A stretch of 64,000 nt of DNA from Flavobacteriales bacterium (GTDB lineage Bacteria > Bacteroidota > Bacteroidia > Flavobacteriales_F > PHOS-HE28). Both the position numbers and the translations under genes were made by a program. The stretch is from the NCBI GenBank assembly GCA_041745875.1, contig JBGTIB010000109.1, positions 1,976 to 65,975 of the forward strand, read 5' to 3'. Positions within the stretch are counted from its first letter, which is position 1; each line of letters begins with the position of its first letter. The notes below the pieces were generated by a model. That model made no database searches, was not told the origin of the DNA, and saw only the letters and a program-made list of their open reading frames with translations. This document shows, piece after piece, positions 56,344 through 64,000 of the stretch.

Positions 56344-57450
56344 TCAGTTCACGCTCACTTCCTTCACCTCCACCTTCTTCGCACCTTTCAACTCGGTATC
56401 CGCCGTCACACCTTCCAGCACTTCCAGGTTGATGCCGTCGCTGAGACCGGTACGGATGTAGGTCTTCTTCCAAATCTCACCGTTCTTCACATGCACAAAG
56501 GCACTATCACCCTTGGTGTTGAACTCAACGATGCTCTCGGGCACGGTGTACACGCTGTCCCGTTGTTCCAGCACAATGTCGGCGTTGGCGCTGTATCCGC
56601 TGCGTAGGCTCTGGCCTTCGTTCAGTTGCACCGCAGCTCGGATCTCGAATTGAATGGCGCCGTTCTCCTCCACGCCCTTCGGGGCGATGTACTCCAGGTC
56701 GGCATCCCACTTGGCATTGTCTATGGCGCCAACGGTCAGTACCACGGGCATGCCGAGGTTCACCTTGCCCACTTCGCTCTCGTCCACCTTGCCTTGAAAG
56801 ATCAGGTCGGTCATGTCGGCGATGGCCGCAATGGTGGTGCCTTCGTTGAAGTTGTTGCGCTCGATCACGCTGTTCCCCTCCTTAACAGGCACGTCCAGTA
56901 CCATCCCTTCGATCGTGCTGCGTACGATGGTATTGCCAGCACTGCTACGACTGATACCATCGCGCACCACCTGTAAGGCTTCCTTCGCGGCGGCCAGTTC
57001 CTGTTCCGCGTTCCGCAAGGCCATGTCGAAGGTCTGCATCTCAGCGGCCGCGATCACGCCCTTGTCCGCAAGGGGTTTGTTCCGGTCATGGTTGAGCTGG
57101 GCATTCTGCTGGTTGATCTCCGCGTTGCGCACCCGGTTCTCCGCGTTGCTGAGCGAGAGCATATCGGGCACGATCTTGATCTTCGCCAGCGGCTGGTCCT
57201 TCTTCACGATCTCGCCGGCCTCCACGTACAACTCGGAGATGATCCCGCTCACCACGGGTTTGATGAGGATCTCCTTGCGCGGCACGATCTTGCCGTTGGC
57301 GACGGTCTTCTTCACCACATTGTTGCGCTTGAGTTTTTCAATGGCGAACTCGTCGGGCTTGCTGGCGCTCTTCTGGTACAGGAAGTACAGGGTCCAGATA
57401 AAAAGGGCGCCGAGGCCGATGAGGAGGAGATATTTCAGGATCTGTTTCAT
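56344..57450 (-). CDS. efflux transporter periplasmic adaptor subunit (HlyD/MacA-like)
   Basis: ATG 57450 gives MKQILKYLLLIGLGALFIWTLYFL. The order is membrane anchor, lipoyl-like segment, coiled-coil hairpin (NAENRVRNAEINQQNAQLNHDRNKPL...) and beta-barrel domains. Confidence 0.85.
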   Translation of the reverse strand: MKQILKYLLLIGLGALFIWTLYFLYQKSASKPDEFAIEKLKRNNVVKKTVANGKIVPRKEILIKPVVSGIISELYVEAGEIVKKDQPLAKIKIVPDMLSLSNAENRVRNAEINQQNAQLNHDRNKPLADKGVIAAAEMQTFDMALRNAEQELAAAKEALQVVRDGISRSSAGNTIVRSTIEGMVLDVPVKEGNSVIERNNFNEGTTIAAIADMTDLIFQGKVDESEVGKVNLGMPVVLTVGAIDNAKWDADLEYIAPKGVEENGAIQFEIRAAVQLNEGQSLRSGYSANADIVLEQRDSVYTVPESIVEFNTKGDSAFVHVKNGEIWKKTYIRTGLSDGINLEVLEGVTADTELKGAKKVEVKEVSVN

Positions 57451-57458
57451 GGAAAGGG

Positions 57459-57680
57459 CAGTTGTCAGTTGTCCGTCGTTGTCAGGACAGCTTGCGAAGT
57501 ATTCGTGGGTTTGTGTGTCGGGTCGCGGCCGTGGATGTTCTGCGGACCGGCGTGCAGTGCGTGTTGCGGGTGAAGGGTTTTGGTGATGCGATCCACGTGC
57601 GTTGTTCTTTGGCTCCATGCGGCCTCTCATGCACCGCGTATCGACCTGCCTGACAACCAACAACCGACAACTGACAACCG
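57459..57680. repeat. intergenic element bounded by inverted arrays of GTTGTCA-type heptads
   Basis: The left arm at 57461-57486 is GTTGTCA GTTGTCC gtc GTTGTCA GG. The right arm at 57649-57678 is CC TGACAAC CAACAAC CGACAAC TGACAAC. Predicted pairing is 13 bp (57461-57473 with 57666-57678) plus 9 bp (57478-57486 with 57649-57657), enclosing about 160 nt. Confidence 0.65.
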
Positions 57681-57687
57681 TATCCCA

Positions 57688-58935
57688 TCATTCCGCTCTT
57701 AGTGCGTCAACAGCTTTGATGGCAAGCGCCCGGCGTGCGGGCAATAATCCGGCGAGCAGGCCGCTGGTGATGAGTACGGCGAAGGCCACCAGGGCCACGA
57801 AGAGGTCCACGCCGGGGTTCTTGAAGAAGTCGGCCTCACCCGCCACATTGCGGATCACCTCCAGCACCCCCACGCCGACCAGCAGGCCGAAATAGCCCGC
57901 GATGAATGTGAGCGTGAGCGCCTCCTGCACGATCTGGCCGGTGATATTGCGCGGTGTGGCGCCCAAACTGCGCCGGATGCCGATCTCCTTGGTGCGTTCC
58001 TGGATGCTCACCAGCATGATGTTGCCGATGCCGATGGCACCTGCGAGCAGCGTGCAGATCCCCACGAACCAGCTAAGCCCGCCGATGCCGATGAAAAGCC
58101 CGTTCATCATGCCATAGAACTCCTGCATGTTCCAACTGCCGAACGCACTTTCATCGGTCGGGTCCACGCGGTGTTTGCGGGCCATTAGGGCGCGTACTTG
58201 TTTCTCCACATCGGCCACGCTCACGCCGGGCTCGGCGATCAGGGTGAACCAGTGCACTTCGTTCAACGCATTGAAGGACTTCTGGAAGGTGGTGAAGGGC
58301 ACGTAGATCTTGGCGTCGGGGTTGTCACCCATCTCGGCGCTGCTCTTTTTCTTGCTCACGCCCACCACCTGGAAATACACCCCGTTTATCTTGATGTACT
58401 CGCCCAAGGGTGACTCCTCTCCGAAGAGCAGTTTCACCACCTCCATGCCGATCACTGCCACCTTGCGTTCCTCCGCCAGGTCGGCATGGTTCAGGAAGCG
58501 GCCCTCGGGAAGGCGGATGGCTTCAACCTTGATGACCTCGGGTTCGCTGCCATACACCGAGAAGGCGCCGATCTTGCTACCGTAGCTCACGTTATTGCCG
58601 CCCTGCCAACCACCCAGCTGCAATTGCGGTGAACAGAGTTCAAGACCGGGTACGTTGCGGCGTATGATGCCGATGTCCTCATTGTCGAAATTGAAACGAC
58701 GTCCCTTCTGAAAGCCGGCGTAAGGCTTCGTTGTCGGCATGGTCCACAGGAAGGCGCTGTTGGTGGCGAAACCCTCGAAACCACCCAACACGGCATTCTT
58801 CAGGCCATTGCCCATGCCCAGCATCACCACCAGCATGAAGATGCCCCAGCCCACACCGAACATGGTGAGGAAGCTGCGGAGCTTGTTGCGGCTCAGCGTG
58901 TTCCAGATCTCTCCCCAGCGGTCGTTGTCGAACAT
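57688..58935 (-). CDS. ABC transporter permease (MacB/FtsX-like)
   Basis: ATG 58935 (MFDNDRWGEIWNTLSRNKLRSFLTMFGVGWGIFMLV). It has a MacB-type periplasmic domain and a C-terminal FtsX 3-TM bundle (RTKEIGIRRSLGA). Confidence 0.85.
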   Translation of the reverse strand: MFDNDRWGEIWNTLSRNKLRSFLTMFGVGWGIFMLVVMLGMGNGLKNAVLGGFEGFATNSAFLWTMPTTKPYAGFQKGRRFNFDNEDIGIIRRNVPGLELCSPQLQLGGWQGGNNVSYGSKIGAFSVYGSEPEVIKVEAIRLPEGRFLNHADLAEERKVAVIGMEVVKLLFGEESPLGEYIKINGVYFQVVGVSKKKSSAEMGDNPDAKIYVPFTTFQKSFNALNEVHWFTLIAEPGVSVADVEKQVRALMARKHRVDPTDESAFGSWNMQEFYGMMNGLFIGIGGLSWFVGICTLLAGAIGIGNIMLVSIQERTKEIGIRRSLGATPRNITGQIVQEALTLTFIAGYFGLLVGVGVLEVIRNVAGEADFFKNPGVDLFVALVAFAVLITSGLLAGLLPARRALAIKAVDALRAE

Positions 58936-58939
58936 GGCG

Positions 58940-60184
58940 CTACTCGTCTCGTAAGGCTTCAATGGGACGGATGGCCGCAGCACGCCGAGCGGGAATGAAA
59001 CCGGCCAGGGCCCCTGCCAGGATGAGCGCGATCAATGCATAAACAGCCACATCGATCTGGATGGTGGGGTCGCGGAAGAATTCACTGCCCGGCACTACAC
59101 TGGCAATGCCTTCCATCAGGAACACGCCCAGCACAAGACCCATCCAGCCAGCCACACCGGTGATGAATACGGCCTCCAACAGGACCTGCCCCACTACGTT
59201 GGCCGGAGTGGCGCCCAGGGCCTTTCGAATGCCGATCTCGCGGGTGCGTTCCTTCACCACGATGAGCATGATATTGCTGACACCCACGATGCCGGCGATG
59301 AGCGAACCGATGCCCACGAACCACAGGAAGGCCGTGATCCCGTTGAAAATGTTGCTCATGGTGCCCACGTTCTCCACGTTGTTGTTCACCCACAGTGCGC
59401 GTTCGTCCGTCGGGTCGAAATCGTGGCGACGGGCGAGGGTGTGCACGGCCCGGTCCTGGGCCTGTTTGGCACCCGCAATGCTGGCATCGGCGAAGCTGAA
59501 CATGATGTCGTCCACCACGCCCTTCGCATTGAAGACCTTCTGAGCAGCGCTCAATGGGATGTACACCGGACTGCGCTGCCCACGTTCGGGGCCGCCGGTC
59601 TCATACTCATAGAGGCCCACCACTTCGAAAGGGATGCCGTTCACGTTCACCCACTTTTGAAGTGGGTCTTCTTTCTTGAAGAGCTCCTCACGGCAGTCCT
59701 GTGCAATGACGATGACCTTGCGCTGTTGCACCTGGTCCACCTCATTGATGAAGCGGCCTTCGACGATCTGTTGGTGTTGCAGTTCGCGGAATTCAGGCTC
59801 GATGCCACGGATGGTGTAGTTGCCCGTGTTCATGCCATACTGCAACTTGCTCATTCCGCGCCACACGCTGTACTGCCCGCTGATGTGCTGGATGCCGGGA
59901 ATGGCATTGCGCAGCGCTTCGATGTCACGGTCCTGCAATTCGATCTTGCGGTTGGGGGGCAGACCTTTCCAAGGCTTGCTGGTCTCGTTGCCCCAGATGC
60001 GGATGCTGTTGGTGGCGGTGTTCTTGAAGTTGTAGCTGAATCCATTGCGGAGGCCGGCACCCGCTCCCAGCAGGATGATCAGCATGAAGATGCCCCAGAA
60101 CACGGCGAAGCCGGTGAGCACGGCCCTCAGCTTGTTCTTGCCGATGCTCTGAAGGACCTCCCCCCATTTCTCCCTATCGAACAT
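58940..60184 (-). CDS. ABC transporter permease (MacB/FtsX-like), second copy
   Basis: MFDREKWGEVLQSIGKNKLRAVLTGFAVFWGIFMLI... RTREIGIRKALGA. Same architecture as the downstream paralog. Confidence 0.85.
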   Translation of the reverse strand: MFDREKWGEVLQSIGKNKLRAVLTGFAVFWGIFMLIILLGAGAGLRNGFSYNFKNTATNSIRIWGNETSKPWKGLPPNRKIELQDRDIEALRNAIPGIQHISGQYSVWRGMSKLQYGMNTGNYTIRGIEPEFRELQHQQIVEGRFINEVDQVQQRKVIVIAQDCREELFKKEDPLQKWVNVNGIPFEVVGLYEYETGGPERGQRSPVYIPLSAAQKVFNAKGVVDDIMFSFADASIAGAKQAQDRAVHTLARRHDFDPTDERALWVNNNVENVGTMSNIFNGITAFLWFVGIGSLIAGIVGVSNIMLIVVKERTREIGIRKALGATPANVVGQVLLEAVFITGVAGWMGLVLGVFLMEGIASVVPGSEFFRDPTIQIDVAVYALIALILAGALAGFIPARRAAAIRPIEALRDE

Positions 60185-60917
60185 CGCCGGCAGGTTTGTT
60201 CACATCACGCACGCCGTCCATGTGCGTGCTCAGGCTGTGTGGGTCCATGTGGGCGTTCTCAATGAGGCCGTCGCGCAGGTAGATCACGCGTTGGGTGGCG
60301 GCGGCCACTTCACGTTCGTGGGTCACGATCACCACGGTGATGCCCAACTCGCGATTCACCTCGGTCAGCATGGCCATCACTTCCTCGCTCGTCTTGCTGT
60401 CCAAGGCACCGGTGGGTTCGTCGGCCAGGATGATCTTGGGGTCGCTGATGAGCGCACGGGCGATCGCCACGCGTTGCTTCTGGCCCCCGCTCAACTCGTT
60501 GGGCATATGTTTCGCCCATTCGCGCAGCCCCACACGCCCAAGCATCTCCAACGCCAGTTCGTTGCGTTTGCGCCGCGCCACCCCCTGGTAGTACAGCGGT
60601 AGCGCCACGTTCTCCATGGCGTTCTTGAAAGTGATCAGGTTGAAGCTTTGGAACACGAAGCCGATGTACTTGCTGCGCAGCCTGGCGTTCTCGGTCTCGC
60701 TCTGGCTGCGGATGACCATATTGTCCAAACGGTACTCTCCACTGTCGTAATTGTCCAGAATGCCGATGATGTTGAGCATGGTGCTCTTACCGGAGCCCGA
60801 ACTGCCCATGATGCTGACCAACTCGCCTGGCGCGATGTGCAGGTCGATGCCCTTGAGCACCTGTAGGATGTTGTTGCCCGTGCGGTAGGCCTTGCGGATG
60901 CCTGTAAGCCTGATCAT
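60174..60917 (-). CDS. ABC transporter ATP-binding protein (MacB/LolD-type)
   Basis: Walker A GSSGSGKST, signature LSGGQKQRVAIARAL, Walker B ILADEPTGALD. It overlaps the permease start by 11 nt. Confidence 0.9.
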   Translation of the reverse strand: MIRLTGIRKAYRTGNNILQVLKGIDLHIAPGELVSIMGSSGSGKSTMLNIIGILDNYDSGEYRLDNMVIRSQSETENARLRSKYIGFVFQSFNLITFKNAMENVALPLYYQGVARRKRNELALEMLGRVGLREWAKHMPNELSGGQKQRVAIARALISDPKIILADEPTGALDSKTSEEVMAMLTEVNRELGITVVIVTHEREVAAATQRVIYLRDGLIENAHMDPHSLSTHMDGVRDVNKPAGDVR

Positions 60918-61022
60918 GCAGGGTGCGAAGTTACCCGGCGCACTGGGTGCGCACGGCTGGCTTACATGAACGGCAGGCGGCCGTTAGGAATGGCACCCAC
61001 GCGTGCAAGGGGGCACTGCGCT

Positions 61023-61610
61023 TCAGATCCGTTTAAAGACCAGGCCCACCATCGGACGCTTGATGTGGATCTCCTGCAATACGCCGCCGCGGTATACATA
61101 GTGGTTCTCCGTATTGCTGGAAAGGGTCAGGGTATAGGTGCCATCGCCGGTCCGCTGCAAGGGCAGGTCCTTCAATGCGCTCTCCACGAAAATGAGTGCC
61201 TGCCCGATGGGCTCCTCGAAGTACATGCGCGCTGTGGTCCACTGGGTGGTGCGCTCGCAAGTGAAAGGCGCTTCAGGATGCACGAAACATTCCGAAGCGC
61301 CGCGCGCCATATGGCTCGAATCACGCAGCGCGTCGTTCAATACCATGGAAGACGTGCATCCATGGAGCATGTCGTTGAGGTACTCGGTGGTCACACGCGT
61401 ACGGATCACCTGCTTCCAGGCGAGGCTGAACTCCGTGTGTGAGGTCATCACGTAGTGGGTTCTTGGTCCGCTTTGGCTTTTCATGGCCACCACCATGCCC
61501 AGCACTTTGTCACCCTTCAGGATGTTGAAACGAGCCTGCTCCGAAACAGCATAGCTGGTACCGGTACATACAAGCCCGATCAATAGGGCGAAGTTCCTCA
61601 GTGAGATCAT
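61023..61610 (-). CDS. secreted hypothetical protein upstream of the ABC operon
   Basis: ATG 61610 gives signal peptide MISLRNFALLIGLVCTGTSYA. The protein is about 195 aa and beta-rich, with no family I recognise. Confidence 0.5.
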   Translation of the reverse strand: MISLRNFALLIGLVCTGTSYAVSEQARFNILKGDKVLGMVVAMKSQSGPRTHYVMTSHTEFSLAWKQVIRTRVTTEYLNDMLHGCTSSMVLNDALRDSSHMARGASECFVHPEAPFTCERTTQWTTARMYFEEPIGQALIFVESALKDLPLQRTGDGTYTLTLSSNTENHYVYRGGVLQEIHIKRPMVGLVFKRI

Positions 61611-61612
61611 GC

Positions 61613-61662
61613 GAAGGGAGGGGAGGGAAGAAAGGGAAGAAAGGGAAGAGATGGAAGTGAGG
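61613..61662. repeat. polypurine/polypyrimidine tract with GGGAAGAAA tandem units
   Basis: 61613-61651 is an uninterrupted 39-nt purine run (GAAGGGAGGGGAGGGAAGAAAGGGAAGAAAGGGAAGAGA). It begins 2 nt 5' of the start codon of ORF 61023..61610 on the opposite strand. Confidence 0.75.
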
Positions 61663-61844
61663 GCGTACTGCATGATGTTAGGACAATGATACCACGGAAA
61701 ACCCCCATCACCGACCGTGTGCTTGGGGGTTGACAGGAACATCGTGCCGGGTGCTGCTACGGTCGTTCCCGTAGTGATACACGGTGCAGGCACGAGTCGA
61801 TCCCGCCGTACAGGGTGACAATTTTGCACGAACCCGAACGAACC

Positions 61845-63263
61845 ATGAGAACTACACTGCTCTGCTTCCTTTCAACCTTGATCACCATCCAAGCCAATGG
61901 GCAGGGTGCCGCCGACCGCGACACCATGTTCCAGATGATCGTGCCGCCACCCTTGGTCATGGCAGCCAATACCAGCCAGTATTTGAACATGCTGCTGGAA
62001 GATGATGGTACGGTGATGTTCGCCGGCGGCATTTACAACTATGCGGGAGACTACGGTGGCGTGTTGCGCATGGATGCCACGGGCAGCTTCATGGACAATT
62101 GGGACGGAGCCTTCTTCGGGACCGTGCGCGCCATGGCCAAGTCACCCGATGGCAAGTACTACATGGTGGGCCAGTTCACCAGTTATGCGAGTGTACCACG
62201 CGTGGCCATCGTGCGGATCCATCCCAACGGCACGCTCGACGCGAGCTTCGATGCCGGTGCCGATGCCCCGCCCATCCAGGTCTTCAGTGTGGCGGTACAG
62301 CCCGATGGCAAGGTGCTGGTGGGTGGCAATTTCGCCGATTGGGCCGGTAGCGGGCGCAAAGGCCTGGTGCGATTGAACCTGGATGGTTCCGTGGATGAGA
62401 GTTTCAGTGTAGGCACGGGCACCAGTGGCAACAGTCAGGTACTTTGCATCAAGGTGCTCGACTCGGGCAAGATATTGATCAGCGGCACCTTCAGCGATTT
62501 CAATGGCAGCCCGCGCCGGTTGGCCCGTTTGAACGCGGATGGTAGTGTGGACCCCAGCTTCGATCACGACATCAGCAGCGGCGATATCCTGTCCTTCAGG
62601 GTAATGGCCGATGGCCGCATTGTGACCGGCGACCGCCTGTGGCGCTTGCTTCCGGACGGTGCCACGGATCCCTCCTTCACCGGACACGGTGACCTACAGA
62701 ACGTGACCGCACTGGAGGTATATCCGAATGGGAAGATCCTGGCTGGCGGCATTTTCTCCGAAGCTGCTGGCCAACCAGCACCGCGTTTCGTCCGCCTGAA
62801 TGCGGATGGCACCCACGATCCGAGCTTCGACACAACAGAAGGCTTTGATGGCAACGTGCTGGGGATCCAACTCGATGCCCAAGGGCGCATCCATGTATGC
62901 CACTATAGCAGCACGTACAAAGGCGAGGATCTGGTCCACTACCATTCTCCCACATCCATCAACGGCAAATATGTGATCCGCCTGCATGGCGATGGACTGC
63001 CCGCCTCGGTGCCGGAATTATCGACAATGACGGTGGAGATCTTTCCCAATCCCGCCAACGACTTCATTACCGTGCGGGTACCGGACCATGACATACAGGA
63101 ACTACAACTGCTGGGTATCGATGGCCGCTTGATCAGAACACTCGCGGGCGCAAGCCGCCATCTGGCACAGCTACCGATCGATGATCTGGCACCAGGAGCC
63201 TACCTGCTTGATGTGCGCACTATCAATGGCCAACGTATTGTGAAGCAGGTGATCAGGGAATGA
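61845..63263 (+). CDS. T9SS-sorted delta-60 repeat (beta-propeller) protein
   Basis: ATG 61845 gives signal peptide MRTTLLCFLSTLITIQANGQ. Repeated motifs follow: NPNGTLDASFD, LDGSVDESF, NADGSVDPSFD, LPDGATDPSF, NADGTHDPSFD. The C-terminal sorting domain is VEIFPNPANDFITV...LAPGAYLLDVRT...VIRE. Confidence 0.8.
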   Translation: MRTTLLCFLSTLITIQANGQGAADRDTMFQMIVPPPLVMAANTSQYLNMLLEDDGTVMFAGGIYNYAGDYGGVLRMDATGSFMDNWDGAFFGTVRAMAKSPDGKYYMVGQFTSYASVPRVAIVRIHPNGTLDASFDAGADAPPIQVFSVAVQPDGKVLVGGNFADWAGSGRKGLVRLNLDGSVDESFSVGTGTSGNSQVLCIKVLDSGKILISGTFSDFNGSPRRLARLNADGSVDPSFDHDISSGDILSFRVMADGRIVTGDRLWRLLPDGATDPSFTGHGDLQNVTALEVYPNGKILAGGIFSEAAGQPAPRFVRLNADGTHDPSFDTTEGFDGNVLGIQLDAQGRIHVCHYSSTYKGEDLVHYHSPTSINGKYVIRLHGDGLPASVPELSTMTVEIFPNPANDFITVRVPDHDIQELQLLGIDGRLIRTLAGASRHLAQLPIDDLAPGAYLLDVRTINGQRIVKQVIRE

Positions 63264-64000
63264 GCACCCCTGGTTCGGCGGCCGCCCTTTGCCACGTTGC
63301 AGGGGGCGGCTGCCTTTTTTGAAGCAGGTCCATCAAAGCGCTGGTGATACCTGGGTAGCGGAAGTGGAAACCTTCGCGCAATAAGCGTGTGGGTACTACG
63401 CGGCGGCTCTTCAGCACTAGTTCACTTTCGGTGCGCAGGAAGAAGGCGCCCAATTCGATCATCCATTTCGGTTGTGGCAGTGCCAGCCAGGGCCGGAAGC
63501 GAGCCCTGAGTTGCGCCATTAGGTAGCCATCGCGTGTGGGCTCCGGTGCGGCCAGGTCGTACACGCCTGCGGCATCCGGGCTTTCCACGATGTGCTGCAC
63601 CGCGCAGCACAGGTCGTGACCGTGGATCCAACTCACGTACTGGTCGCCGCTGGCATGCCTGCCACCAAGTCCGATGCGGGTCAGTTGCACCAGTCTCGGC
63701 AGCACGCCGCCCAAGGGGCTCATCACCATGGCGCTTCGCAGGATGGCAAGGCGGGTATGTGGAAGCTTGAAGGATCGCGCCGCTGCTTCCCAGCTACGCG
63801 CCACTTCCACGCTGAAGCCGATTCCCAAGTCGCCAGTGTATTGGTCCATGGGACGATCCTCGGCATGACGGTAGATGGTGGCCGTGCTCAGTTGGATCCA
63901 CACCTCGGGAGGTTCGTCGCAACGCCCAATGGCATCGCCGATGGCCAACGTGCTGCTCAAACGACTGTGCAGGATCTCCCACTTTCCGGTGGCGTTGTAG
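63253..64000 (-). CDS. TIGR01777/YfcH-type epimerase family protein (SDR with C-terminal DUF1731), C-terminal part; the N-terminus lies beyond the window end
   Basis: VWIQLSTATIYRH...LGGRHASGDQYVSWIHGHDL...LKSRRVVPTRLLREGFHFRYP. The frame stays open upstream to position 64000, and the listed M at 63960 is a TTG inside the gene. Confidence 0.8.
   Translation of the reverse strand, partial: YNATGKWEILHSRLSSTLAIGDAIGRCDEPPEVWIQLSTATIYRHAEDRPMDQYTGDLGIGFSVEVARSWEAAARSFKLPHTRLAILRSAMVMSPLGGVLPRLVQLTRIGLGGRHASGDQYVSWIHGHDLCCAVQHIVESPDAAGVYDLAAPEPTRDGYLMAQLRARFRPWLALPQPKWMIELGAFFLRTESELVLKSRRVVPTRLLREGFHFRYPGITSALMDLLQKRQPPPATWQRAAAEPGVLIP

Noticed and set aside
61611-61829. The upstream extension of ORF 61023..61829, reading SISSLSSLSSLPSLR before the signal peptide.
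   Set aside because: The Ser/Leu repeat is simply the translation of the polypyrimidine tract. It would place about 70 residues in front of a good signal peptide that starts at ATG 61610.
1-64000. Search for mobile elements, prophage or defence-system hallmarks: transposase, integrase, restriction/methylase, Cas, toxin-antitoxin pairs, and tRNA-flanked islands.
   Set aside because: None of the translated ORFs shows the corresponding motifs (DDE, tyrosine-recombinase RHRY, and so on). The only insertion-like object is the ORF-less heptad inverted-repeat element at 57459-57680, which is reported as a finding.

Overview
This is a GC-rich chromosomal segment (third codon positions are mostly G/C) that reads as Bacteroidota. 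At least four proteins end in a T9SS (Por) C-terminal sorting domain. Other lineage-typical genes include a TPR/PD40 protein, a propeller-type LytS kinase with a LytTR regulator, a fused 2-oxoacid dehydrogenase E1 alpha/beta, DUF4159 and three small TonB_C-domain proteins. About 58 protein-coding genes can be supported, packed tightly on both strands. I found no rRNA, tRNA, CRISPR array, transposase, integrase or phage genes. Most content is housekeeping or envelope function: MurQ, MnmD, RsmE, tryptophan 2,3-dioxygenase, an M42 peptidase, a beta-CASP nuclease, a penicillin-acylase family protein, a MacAB-like ABC efflux operon, and Na/Pi and PiT-like transporters. I cannot point to a clear new multi-gene system. 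The leads most worth a second look are: (1) a co-directional locus at 5.8-13.8 kb with a TonB-dependent receptor split by one in-frame TAG, two tandem T9SS-sorted hydrolase-like paralogs with degenerate catalytic motifs, and MurQ; (2) a 22-35.5 kb stretch rich in small secreted or stress-type proteins, with four paralogous LTPEQ-motif (Spy/CpxP-like) genes, YtxH, CsbD, a beta-helix protein, and a secreted 4x40-aa repeat protein translationally coupled to a Gre-factor homolog; (3) structured non-coding elements. These are inverted arrays of GTTGTCA heptads inside the ABC operon, a tandem two-hairpin ~70-bp repeat between rsmE and the DUF4159 gene, and a 39-nt pure purine run abutting a start codon. 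All domain assignments come from by-eye motif recognition, not database searches.
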